Source: Candidatus Hermodarchaeota archaeon
GTDB taxonomy: Archaea > Asgardarchaeota > Heimdallarchaeia > Hodarchaeales > Hodarchaeaceae
Reading direction: 5' to 3'
Length of the DNA stretch: 8,577 nt
Assembly: GCA_048886185.1 (NCBI GenBank)
Contig: JBHLKY010000055.1
Location: 1-8,577, forward strand
Made by a program: the position numbers and the translations under genes. Below the pieces are notes generated by a model. It did not search any database, had not been told where the DNA came from, and saw nothing but the letters and a program-made list of their open reading frames with translations. This document shows positions 1-7,384 of the stretch, piece by piece. Each line of letters opens with the position of its first letter. The first letter of the stretch is position 1.

Positions 1-45
1 GGATTAATCCAAAAACCTCTTCAGTAATTCAAGGTACGGACATGT

Positions 46-1518
46 ATGAGAAGAAGTCGCTTAAATGAGATAAATGTCATCCAAAAAACAACTCAGAATA
101 CTCAGTGGCGTATTGGTTTAGTATATCCAAACTCATACACGATAGGTATGTCAGGATTAACAGTTAAACTATTGTACCATCTTTTAAATCAACACCAAAA
201 CATATTCACAGAGCGAATTTTCTTTTCAGCTGATGTTCCTGGCCCTCCAAGATCAATTGAAACTGGAAAAACATTAACTCAATTTGATCTTCTAGCTTTT
301 ACGTTTCAGTTTGAACTCGATTATGTTAATGCCATTCAAATGTTGAAAAGATCAAATATCCCCATTTATTCAAAGGAAAGAACCCCCAAATATCCACTAT
401 TGATAGCTGGGGGGCCAACAGTCACTACAAACCCAGAACCACTTCTAGACTTTGTTGATATAATTTTCGTAGGTGAATTTGAAGAAATTTCAATTCTTTT
501 TCTAGAGGCGATCATTTCAAGCAAATTTAGCAGCCTCATGGAAGAAATTCTTTCAGTTCCGGGATTTTATTCCTCCCAGGATCCTTTAACAAAGGTAACA
601 CCAGTTATAACATCAAACCTCAATAATGTTAACTATCCAACTGCTCAAGTCCGTCCAATTAGTGGTTGGAAGAATATAAAGGGAGTGATGGATGGGTACT
701 TTCTTCAAGTGTCAAGAGGATGCGTACATGGTTGTCAATTCTGTTTAATTGGTAAAATATTTCGTCCAATGAGAGAAAGATCCTTAAATAAGTTATATGA
801 ATTAATTGATAAAGGAAACAAAGAAACAAACACAAACTTTTTTTCCCTCATCGGGTCAAGTACAGCGGATTATTCTCAGATTCAAAAATTAATATTACAT
901 CTAATTGAAAAAAAACATAAATTCTCCCTTCCTAGTATTAGAGTTGATTCAGGGATTGAAATACTAGAACAGTTAAGCCACAGTGGGTTAAGAAGTTTAA
1001 GTATTGCTCCAGAAAGCGCTTCCGACGATGTTCGTTTTAAGGTTGGGAAGAAAATTAGTAATTCACAAATTTCTGACTTTGTTTTAAAAGCAGAACAAAA
1101 CAAAATCCAAGAACTTAAACTTTACTTTATACTTGGATTAACCCTGAATCCAGTCTCGGAATCACATCAAATAATAAATTTTCTCGACAGTCTGACTGAA
1201 TTATGTTCCTCTCTCAGACTTAGTGTCTCTATAACTCCTCTGATTCCAAAACGTGGCACAAAGATGGAAAACTTTTGTGTTAATTATGAAGAAATTCAGG
1301 CCGGTTTTCAGTTACTTAAAGAAGACATGAATAAATCTATTCACCAAAAAAAGTTTCCAATCCATTGGGCAGCAGTACAAGCAATTCTCTCAATTGGAGG
1401 GCGAGAATTAGCACCAATCATGGCAGATGTTGCAAAAAGTGGAGGATCTTTCCAGAATTGGAAAAAAACTCTAGAAATGGAACCAAAAGACTATTTTCTT
1501 AAATACTACTGCCCCTAG
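46..1518 (+). CDS. Radical SAM Fe-S oxidoreductase with N-terminal B12-binding-like domain (COG1032 / TIGR03960-like, function unknown), 490 aa
   Basis: CxxxCxxC motif RGCVHGCQFC. N-terminal LVYPNSYTIGMSGL...LYHLLN, LAFTFQFELDY, IAGGPTVTTNPEP and IFVGEFE motifs are typical of this family. SIAPES, LYFILGL and TPLIPKRGT match radical SAM barrel motifs. Family assigned by motif recognition, no database search. Confidence 0.88.
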   Translation: MRRSRLNEINVIQKTTQNTQWRIGLVYPNSYTIGMSGLTVKLLYHLLNQHQNIFTERIFFSADVPGPPRSIETGKTLTQFDLLAFTFQFELDYVNAIQMLKRSNIPIYSKERTPKYPLLIAGGPTVTTNPEPLLDFVDIIFVGEFEEISILFLEAIISSKFSSLMEEILSVPGFYSSQDPLTKVTPVITSNLNNVNYPTAQVRPISGWKNIKGVMDGYFLQVSRGCVHGCQFCLIGKIFRPMRERSLNKLYELIDKGNKETNTNFFSLIGSSTADYSQIQKLILHLIEKKHKFSLPSIRVDSGIEILEQLSHSGLRSLSIAPESASDDVRFKVGKKISNSQISDFVLKAEQNKIQELKLYFILGLTLNPVSESHQIINFLDSLTELCSSLRLSVSITPLIPKRGTKMENFCVNYEEIQAGFQLLKEDMNKSIHQKKFPIHWAAVQAILSIGGRELAPIMADVAKSGGSFQNWKKTLEMEPKDYFLKYYCP

Positions 1519-1559
1519 GAATCATCGATTCTGCAATCAGAGGAAAGTAACACTGTTGA

Positions 1560-3308
1560 TTATCGAGATTGAGAGTCGATCAGTGTTTTTGCATCTCGGA
1601 GGTATCTAAGAGCATCCCGTATATTTGCGATGGGAGAGAGAGGTGCGCTCCCAATACGACTTTTGTGAATGTTATCTAATAATTTCTCGGCTAGGGTTCG
1701 AAAGCGTGGTATTGACTTTGAGGAGTCAGCTGTGAGAGACTCAAGAAGTTCTTCGGCCTCTTCGATACGTCCTTGGGCTGAAAGCATAATTGCTAAAAGA
1801 CATTGTCCTTTGGTTCGCTCGGGAATACCAACAAGCTTCTCTAAACTTTCAGTTATTAATTTTTGTGCTTCTTGAAGAATTTTAGGATCCTCAGAAAGTC
1901 GATATTCATTTAGATAAACTTCTGCCTGTGTATATAGAAGAGTTGAGCGAAAACTAGGACAATCGTCAGTATATTTCATTGCATCTTTTAAATAAGTCTT
2001 AGCAGTGCCAATATTATGGATATGAAACTCATATTTCCCTTGGATATAATGATAATGGGCTTTGGAACACTTTTTCAGGTTATTCACGTTGACAGATTCG
2101 AGAATATTGGGTACATTCTCTGATTTATTTAGATCTATTAGTAAATCAGCATATTTCAGCTGAAAAATATCTAGCAATTCTGGATCCGGAGAATCTAATT
2201 CTCCAACTATTGAAAGAGCGTTTTGTGCGTGTATTAAAGCTAGATTATCTTGTGATTCCAAGAAATAAATATACGCTAACCCATATTCTCCTTTTATCTG
2301 GTAAAGAGAAGAACAACAGGTTTGAGCATTCTCTACTACATGTTTGAAGGTTTTTTTTGCCTCTTGTAACTCGCCCTGTTCAACAAGGAACCATGCTTTT
2401 TGAATCATCGGGTAGATAGATAATCCACCACCGAATCCTTTGCTTAATAAGGCTGTTAATGAGGTAGCTTTTGATAAATATTCAGAAGCTTCGTTATGTC
2501 TTGCCTTAGAAGCATAATAAGATGCAAAATTAGTATAGGCTATAATTAAGCGATTATTAGCGTTTATTAACAGGTATTCCTGAATAGCTGTTTCTAAATG
2601 TTGTTCGAAGATTTCGCTTTCTTCCTTATGCGACATTAATGTGCACATGAGTCCTGTATTCAAGTGATGCTGAGTTTTTTTCACTACTTCTAATGCTTCA
2701 TAGAAATCAATTTGGATTTCTTCAATATCCTTCTTAAAAGCGAAAAACTGGATTGGGAGAAATAAGTGCAAATACTTCGAATCAGACTTGAATTCATCTT
2801 CAAAAATCTGTTTAATTGTTGAATAGACCTTTTTGAAGGTGGCTATTTTGTCCAAATTACTTAATAAGAGGACATAGGGCGTAGCGACATCAAATAATGC
2901 AAGCCAATCTTTGGAGGTTTCTATTTGGGAATAACCCTCACCAATGATCGTGATACCTTCGTCGGAGTTAATTAGTTCTGTAATCCCAGCTCCAATATAT
3001 GAAAGCAGAAGTGGATCGGATTGAGTTTCTGCCTCTTTAATAAGAAATTCAGATTTATCCTTGAAAAATCCTATATCAGCCTGAATCCAAGCTATTTTTG
3101 AACATAATGCCCAAAATACGCTAGGTGGATTTTCTTCTTTTTCAAGAAGATTCCGAATAAGGAAATACCAGTCATCGAGCTTTGGAACCGAGTCTTTTTC
3201 CAAAAATTTTGAAAAACCATTTGTTATTATATTGATCCAATGATCATCAATGCGATCAGCAAAAATCGCCAATTCAGCGGGAAATTCTATCCTTTTCATT
3301 TCAAACAC
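1560..3308 (-). CDS. Large tetratricopeptide-repeat / alpha-solenoid protein, 582 aa from GTG at 3308 (579 aa from the in-frame ATG at 3299)
   Basis: Long open frame with helical-hairpin patterns such as AYTNFASYYASKARHNEASEYLSKA, KAWFLVEQGELQEAKKTF, YGLAYIYFLESQDNLALIHAQNAL, YIQGKYEFHIHNIGTAKTYLKDA and LAIMLSAQGRIEEAEELLE. No catalytic motif seen. Confidence 0.8.
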   Translation of the reverse strand: MFEMKRIEFPAELAIFADRIDDHWINIITNGFSKFLEKDSVPKLDDWYFLIRNLLEKEENPPSVFWALCSKIAWIQADIGFFKDKSEFLIKEAETQSDPLLLSYIGAGITELINSDEGITIIGEGYSQIETSKDWLALFDVATPYVLLLSNLDKIATFKKVYSTIKQIFEDEFKSDSKYLHLFLPIQFFAFKKDIEEIQIDFYEALEVVKKTQHHLNTGLMCTLMSHKEESEIFEQHLETAIQEYLLINANNRLIIAYTNFASYYASKARHNEASEYLSKATSLTALLSKGFGGGLSIYPMIQKAWFLVEQGELQEAKKTFKHVVENAQTCCSSLYQIKGEYGLAYIYFLESQDNLALIHAQNALSIVGELDSPDPELLDIFQLKYADLLIDLNKSENVPNILESVNVNNLKKCSKAHYHYIQGKYEFHIHNIGTAKTYLKDAMKYTDDCPSFRSTLLYTQAEVYLNEYRLSEDPKILQEAQKLITESLEKLVGIPERTKGQCLLAIMLSAQGRIEEAEELLESLTADSSKSIPRFRTLAEKLLDNIHKSRIGSAPLSPIANIRDALRYLRDAKTLIDSQSR

Positions 3309-3510
3309 TAAAACAGCTAATAATCAAATAATACTGACTAAGTTCAGCTTTTATTGAATGGATAAAAAGCTTCACGTTTTGACAAAATACCAAGGATGAT
3401 AAAAAGATATTTTTTATTAAGTTTAGAAATATTAAAATAATAATTCGATACATCAGGTTTTAACCTTAAACGCACTTTTATGCCTTGAAATAAGAAATTA
3501 TAGCATAAAT

Positions 3511-3515
3511 GGAGT
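3511..3515 (+). promoter_or_regulatory. Shine-Dalgarno-like site for the YchF-family gene
   Basis: GGAGT ends 7 nt before ATG 3523, the same spacing as the SDs of rpl15e and rnp3. Confidence 0.55.
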
Positions 3516-3522
3516 TTGATAT

Positions 3523-4722
3523 ATGTCTATCCTAATAGGCATCGTTGGAAAGCCGTCATCAGGGAAGACTACTTTTCTTAATGCACTTTGTGGGACATCA
3601 GCTAAAACAGCTGACTATCCGTTCACAACAATCCAACCAAACCAAGGAGTGGGGTTTGCTACAACACCCTGTGTATGTCAGGAACTTGGAGTGACTTGTA
3701 ATCCTCGAAATTCAGAATGTGTTGATAGAGTACGAAAGATCCCTATTAAGATCATTGATGTAGCTGGCTTGGTTCCTGGTGCATATGAAGGGAAGGGGAT
3801 GGGAAATCAGTTTTTATCTGATCTTGCTCAAGCTGACATTCTCGTTCATGTCGTGGATGTCTCAGGATCTCTTAATGAGGAGGGAGAAACAGTTGATCCT
3901 GGTAGTCATGATCCCATGAAAGACATTGCTTTTTTAGAGAACGAGATTGCTGCTTGGATCCGTGGAATCTTGAAAAAAGATTGGGATCGTGCTGTACGAA
4001 AAGCAGATACAGAAAAAAAGAATATAGTTGATTTTATTACTGATAAAATGACTGGATTAAAAATTACTAAAACTGATATAATGAAAGCAGTAAATTCAGC
4101 CAATTTAAATCCTTCATTGGTTAAAGAATGGACTGATGATGATTTACTTCAGCTTTGCCATGAAATACGGAAAACTGGTAAGCCAATTATCATTGCAGCA
4201 AACAAAATTGATCGTCCAACAGCGAAAAGTAACTATGACCGTCTGAAAAAGGAATTTGGTGATATAATCATACCAACATCGGCTCTCACCGACATTGTTC
4301 TTAAAAATCTTGAAAATCAAAATAAGGTTGAATATATCTCTGCTAGTGGCCGACTGAATCCCACGGGTAATTTGTCATCTAAGGAAGAGTCTATTGTTAA
4401 CAAAATACAAATAGAGATATTGGAACCTTATGGAACAACGGGAATCTTTGAAACGCTGAATAAGGCCGTGTTCAATGTTTTAGAACTCCAACCAATTTAT
4501 CCTGTGGCAGATATCAGCCATTTTAGCGATAATGATGGAAAAGTTCTCCCTGATGTATTTCTAGTTAGAAAAGGAATGACTATTAAAGAATTTGCAGGAG
4601 AAATCCATCAAGATCTTTACAAGAACTTCATCCATGGTATTGATGCTCGTACTAATCGTAGGATTTCCGAAAAATACGAATTACAATTTGGTGATGTTGT
4701 TAAAATTGTAGCGGCTACTTAA
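3523..4722 (+). CDS. ychF: Obg-family translation-associated NTPase, archaeal YchF / Ygr210 subfamily, with C-terminal TGS domain, 399 aa
   Basis: G1 GKPSSGKT, G2 YPFTT, G3 DVAG followed by [17 protein letters not shown]4 NKID. Cys-rich insert [17 protein letters not shown] is characteristic of archaeal members. C-terminal [24 protein letters not shown]...GDVVKI is TGS-like. Confidence 0.93.
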   Translation: MSILIGIVGKPSSGKTTFLNALCGTSAKTADYPFTTIQPNQGVGFATTPCVCQELGVTCNPRNSECVDRVRKIPIKIIDVAGLVPGAYEGKGMGNQFLSDLAQADILVHVVDVSGSLNEEGETVDPGSHDPMKDIAFLENEIAAWIRGILKKDWDRAVRKADTEKKNIVDFITDKMTGLKITKTDIMKAVNSANLNPSLVKEWTDDDLLQLCHEIRKTGKPIIIAANKIDRPTAKSNYDRLKKEFGDIIIPTSALTDIVLKNLENQNKVEYISASGRLNPTGNLSSKEESIVNKIQIEILEPYGTTGIFETLNKAVFNVLELQPIYPVADISHFSDNDGKVLPDVFLVRKGMTIKEFAGEIHQDLYKNFIHGIDARTNRRISEKYELQFGDVVKIVAAT

Positions 4723-4729
4723 ATCAATG

Positions 4730-5212
4730 CTAATCCTGAGTTTTATCATCCATCTGAGAGGGATATCTTTTTTGAATTAGTTTTTGCCTCTTAATCTCGT
4801 CAGACTTTCGATAATAATAGTTGGAAGTACGTATAGGCCCAAAAGATCGGATACCAACCTTTTCTAGTTTATCAGTTAGATCTTTTGCAGTTTCAGGGGA
4901 AATTCGACCCTCTTTGGCTAGAAAATCAATTATCTCTTGTCCCTCTTTTTCTGTCCTTGCTCTAGCTAAAAAATCATAAATATTTGGTTCATAATTACTA
5001 AAAGGATCTCCGTCCTGAAATGAAGAAGTAGTCGAATCATCTTTTACTTCATCAATTCTTATATTCATCTTCTTATCTATGAGTTCTTTATATAAAGCAG
5101 GAAATTTCTCTCGAATTTCATCGACAGTTATGTTCTGATCAATTTCAATGGCTTTAATTAAATCTCTCTTTTTTTGATCTTGATTAAAGTCATCTAGGGG
5201 ATTTTCATCCAT
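4730..5212 (-). CDS. DUF2095-family (COG4003-like) archaeal protein of unknown function, 160 aa
   Basis: Recognisable blocks EKFPALYKEL and YEPNIYDFLARARTEKEGQEIIDFLAKEGRIS...L...GIRSFG...YY. Starts 20 bp after the stop of the upstream dehydrogenase on the same strand. Confidence 0.8.
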   Translation of the reverse strand: MDENPLDDFNQDQKKRDLIKAIEIDQNITVDEIREKFPALYKELIDKKMNIRIDEVKDDSTTSSFQDGDPFSNYEPNIYDFLARARTEKEGQEIIDFLAKEGRISPETAKDLTDKLEKVGIRSFGPIRTSNYYYRKSDEIKRQKLIQKRYPSQMDDKTQD

Positions 5213-5232
5213 TAAAAATCTCTCAATAAAGT

Positions 5233-6180
5233 TTATTCTAGCAAGTGTGCATTGACACTAAATTCAGGTTTCTGGCCTTTTAAAACTAATCGAACTTGCT
5301 CAGCTGTAATCTGTCCAGCCCTCTCTTGTGCTTCTGTTGTAGAAGCACTTATGTGAGGAGAGACGTAAACGTTCTCCAAGTCGAATAACTTACTATATTT
5401 CACTGGTTCGACTGTAAATACATCCAAGGCTGCTCCTGCAATCTTTTTTTCTTTTAAGGCATCATATAAAGCATTTTCATCAATAATGCCTCCCCGTGCA
5501 CAATTTATCATATATGCAGAAGGCTTCATTTGCTCCAACTCCTTCTTATTGATCATACCGCGAGTTTCATCAGTTAATAAGGCATGAATTGTAACAAAAT
5601 CAGACTCCAGTAGTACTCGGTTCAGATCTTCGATTTTTTCTGCTCCAATCTTATGGAAAACTTCAGCAGGAAGATATGGGTCATAAACTAAACATTTCAA
5701 CCCAAAAACTTTCGCTCTTTTCACAACCTCGGCTCCTATCCTCCCACAACCGACAAATCCTAATGTTTTACCAAATAATTCTATTCCCATAAGCTGGCTT
5801 TTCGGCCATTCACCCTTCTTAGTTCTATTGGAAGCTTGGATAATTTTTCGACTCAGAGCGAGGATAAATGCAAAAGTCATTTCCGCAACAGATATTGTAG
5901 AAGCACGAGGAGAGTTTACAACATATATTCTGGATTCTGTGGCAGCTTGGACATCTATGTTATCGACTCCAATTCCTGCACGACCAATCACTTTCAGGTG
6001 GGTTCCTTTCTCAATGACCTCCCGTGGAAGTTTAGTGGCACTTCGGACAATAATCGCGTTGTATTTACTTATCTCATTTAATAATTCTAGGGGAGAATAA
6101 TGTTGTTCTGTTACCTCAAACTCTTTCTGTAATTCTGTTACTGCAGAGGCTGCAATCGAATCAGCTATTAAGATTTTCAT
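5233..6180 (-). CDS. serA: D-isomer-specific 2-hydroxyacid dehydrogenase, most similar to short D-3-phosphoglycerate dehydrogenase lacking the ACT domain, 315 aa
   Basis: IVRSATK, RAGIGVDNID, Rossmann GKTLGFVGCGRIG, INCARGG (Arg), DVFTVEP (Glu) and SPHISAST (His) give the catalytic triad. No C-terminal ASB/ACT domains. Substrate specificity is not provable from sequence. Confidence 0.8.
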   Translation of the reverse strand: MKILIADSIAASAVTELQKEFEVTEQHYSPLELLNEISKYNAIIVRSATKLPREVIEKGTHLKVIGRAGIGVDNIDVQAATESRIYVVNSPRASTISVAEMTFAFILALSRKIIQASNRTKKGEWPKSQLMGIELFGKTLGFVGCGRIGAEVVKRAKVFGLKCLVYDPYLPAEVFHKIGAEKIEDLNRVLLESDFVTIHALLTDETRGMINKKELEQMKPSAYMINCARGGIIDENALYDALKEKKIAGAALDVFTVEPVKYSKLFDLENVYVSPHISASTTEAQERAGQITAEQVRLVLKGQKPEFSVNAHLLE

Positions 6181-6209
6181 TTTTACTTTTTTCCTTTGGA
6201 CACGACAGA

Positions 6210-6217
6210 TTTTATAA
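6210..6217 (-). promoter_or_regulatory. Putative TATA box for the serA-DUF2095 transcription unit
   Basis: Minus strand reads TTATAAAA 30-37 nt upstream of the ATG at 6180, which would give a very short leader. AT-rich context lowers specificity. Confidence 0.4.
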
Positions 6218-6563
6218 GATCATATTCCTTATATTTATCCCTATAAGCGATAAAGTGTTCATAAAAGTGTTGAAATCATATCTAAATGTGATTTAAAACT
6301 GATAGAATTACCAGTATTAAAGTTCCGATGTCGATATAGCTTTTATGAAAAAAGCGTTAGAAGTTTCGACACAATGAGCTCAAGAAAAAAAGTAAGTATA
6401 ATTAAATCTAATTGATCTAAATTGAATACATTATACTAATGATAAGATTTTTTCCAATGATTCAGTAAACCAATTTAAGCCTACTCCTTTTGAATTCTTT
6501 GGTTGCATTAATTGAGGGAAAATTAGTTCCGAGGTTATTTCGTGAATGTAACGCCAATACTAT

Positions 6564-6691
6564 GGAGAGAAATGAGTTCCCTTGATGAGAGAATTTAAAA
6601 ATTATTTCAAATCAGTCCTTCTCAAGTATCTCCGGTTTGGAATGTTGCTGATTGAGTCAGAATCTCATATCTGCAGAACCTAGAGGAGGTA
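6564..6691 (+). promoter_or_regulatory. Candidate structured 5' leader (r-leader-like) of rpl15e with anti-SD pairing
   Basis: Manual pairing: UAUCUCC 6627-6633 with GGAGGUA 6685-6691; GGUU 6634-6637 with AACC 6677-6680; inner hairpin 6645-6676. Alternative pairing GGAGA 6564-6568 with UCUCC 6629-6633. No folding energy computed. Confidence 0.45.
6683..6690 (+). promoter_or_regulatory. Strong Shine-Dalgarno site of rpl15e
   Basis: GAGGAGGT ending 7 nt before ATG 6698. Confidence 0.8.
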
Positions 6692-6697
6692 ATCTGA

Positions 6698-7261
6698 ATG
6701 AGTGCTTACAAGTATGTATCCAAATTCTGGAAAGAGAGAAATCAAGAATTTCGTAAATTAAGAATTGCCAGACTGATCGAGTGGAGGCGAGAACCGACTG
6801 TTAATCGAATTGATAATCCGACAAGAGTTGATAGAGCTCGTAAACTTGGTTATCGTAGGAAAAAAGGCTATATCATGGCAAGAGTCCGCGTTCCGCGTGG
6901 GGGCCGTCGAAAAATAAGACCTAGGAGTGGTAGGCGATCTAAAAGAATGGGTGTTAGTAGAATTACACCTAAGAAGTCCAGACAGTGGATCGCAGAAGAA
7001 CGCTGCTGGCGCCATTTCCCTAATCTAGAGGTGCTTAACAGCTACCCTGTACTTGAAGATGGCCTTTTTAGGTGGTTTGAAGTTATTTTGGTGGATCCCT
7101 ACGCCCCTGAAATCATTTCTGATCCAAAAATCAACTGGATTTGTTATAGAAGCAGCCGAGGCCGCGTTTCCCGAGGAAAAACTTCAGCAGGTCAGAAAAG
7201 TCGGGGATTACGGAAGCGAGGAAAAGGAGCTGAACATATCAGACCTTCCTACGATCGTTAA
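6698..7261 (+). CDS. rpl15e: 50S ribosomal protein eL15 (L15e), 187 aa
   Basis: MSAYKY start, WRREPTVNRIDNPTRVDRARKLGY, RVRVPRGGRRKIRP, AEER...PNLEVLNSY, WFEVILVDP, RGKTSAGQKSRGL. Very basic composition. Confidence 0.98.
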   Translation: MSAYKYVSKFWKERNQEFRKLRIARLIEWRREPTVNRIDNPTRVDRARKLGYRRKKGYIMARVRVPRGGRRKIRPRSGRRSKRMGVSRITPKKSRQWIAEERCWRHFPNLEVLNSYPVLEDGLFRWFEVILVDPYAPEIISDPKINWICYRSSRGRVSRGKTSAGQKSRGLRKRGKGAEHIRPSYDR

Positions 7262-7372
7262 GCAGCTGTTTCTAATTTCTCAAAGTAAATATAGGTTCCG
7301 TTGCACTTTAGCTTAAAAACTTCCAATATCATAATTTAAAGAGTACGAAAATAAGAGCTTCAAAAAATACTT

Positions 7373-7377
7373 GAGGT
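7373..7377 (+). promoter_or_regulatory. Shine-Dalgarno site for rnp3, supporting the ATG at 7385 as the true start
   Basis: GAGGT is 1 nt from ATG 7379 but 7 nt from the in-frame ATG 7385. Confidence 0.6.
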
Positions 7378-7384
7378 AATGAGG

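Noticed and set aside
1519-1531. GAATC-atc-GATTC hairpin right after the radical SAM stop
   Set aside because: Only 5 bp with a 3-nt loop and no U-tract; too weak to call a terminator.
1540-1549. GAGGAAAGT resembling RNase P RNA CR-I in the 41-bp convergent gap
   Set aside because: Lacks the following CC and there is no room for the rest of the RNA; flanked by coding sequence.
882-4103. Short antisense ORFs at 882-1103, 1669-1875 and 3906-4103
   Set aside because: All are nested opposite well-supported genes and show no protein-like features.
4136-4142. Perfect C box AUGAUGA inside ychF
   Set aside because: Explained by the Asp-Asp-Asp codons; no CUGA at suitable distance.
5828-6100. Two + strand ORFs (5828-6100, 5836-6081) antisense to serA
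   Set aside because: Fully nested antisense frames without motifs or SD.
6582-6651. Second C/D sRNA (UUGAUGA 6582-6588 with CUGA 6648-6651 or 6694-6697)
   Set aside because: No internal D'/C' boxes at guide-length spacing and no terminal stem, unlike the 8504-8571 element.
6514-6690. RNase P RNA gene next to the RNase P protein genes (GAGGGAAAAUUAGUUCC vaguely like CR-I; GAAUGUUGC and GCAGAAC vaguely like CR-IV/V)
   Set aside because: No true GAGGAAAGUCC, no 3' P4 partner (GGCU) after CAGAA, no P1 closure, and the region is too short and AT-rich.
6758-7015. 85-aa antisense ORF within rpl15e
   Set aside because: Shadow of the Arg-rich coding strand; no supporting signals.
7036-7056. eL15 LNSYPVL instead of the common LNSYWVG
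   Set aside because: Multi-base substitution in frame, so not a sequencing slip, but this position varies among archaeal eL15 proteins and no functional claim can be supported.
7053-7316. 87-aa alternative-frame ORF overlapping rpl15e
   Set aside because: Near-cognate start, no SD, no recognisable motif; lies over a highly conserved gene.
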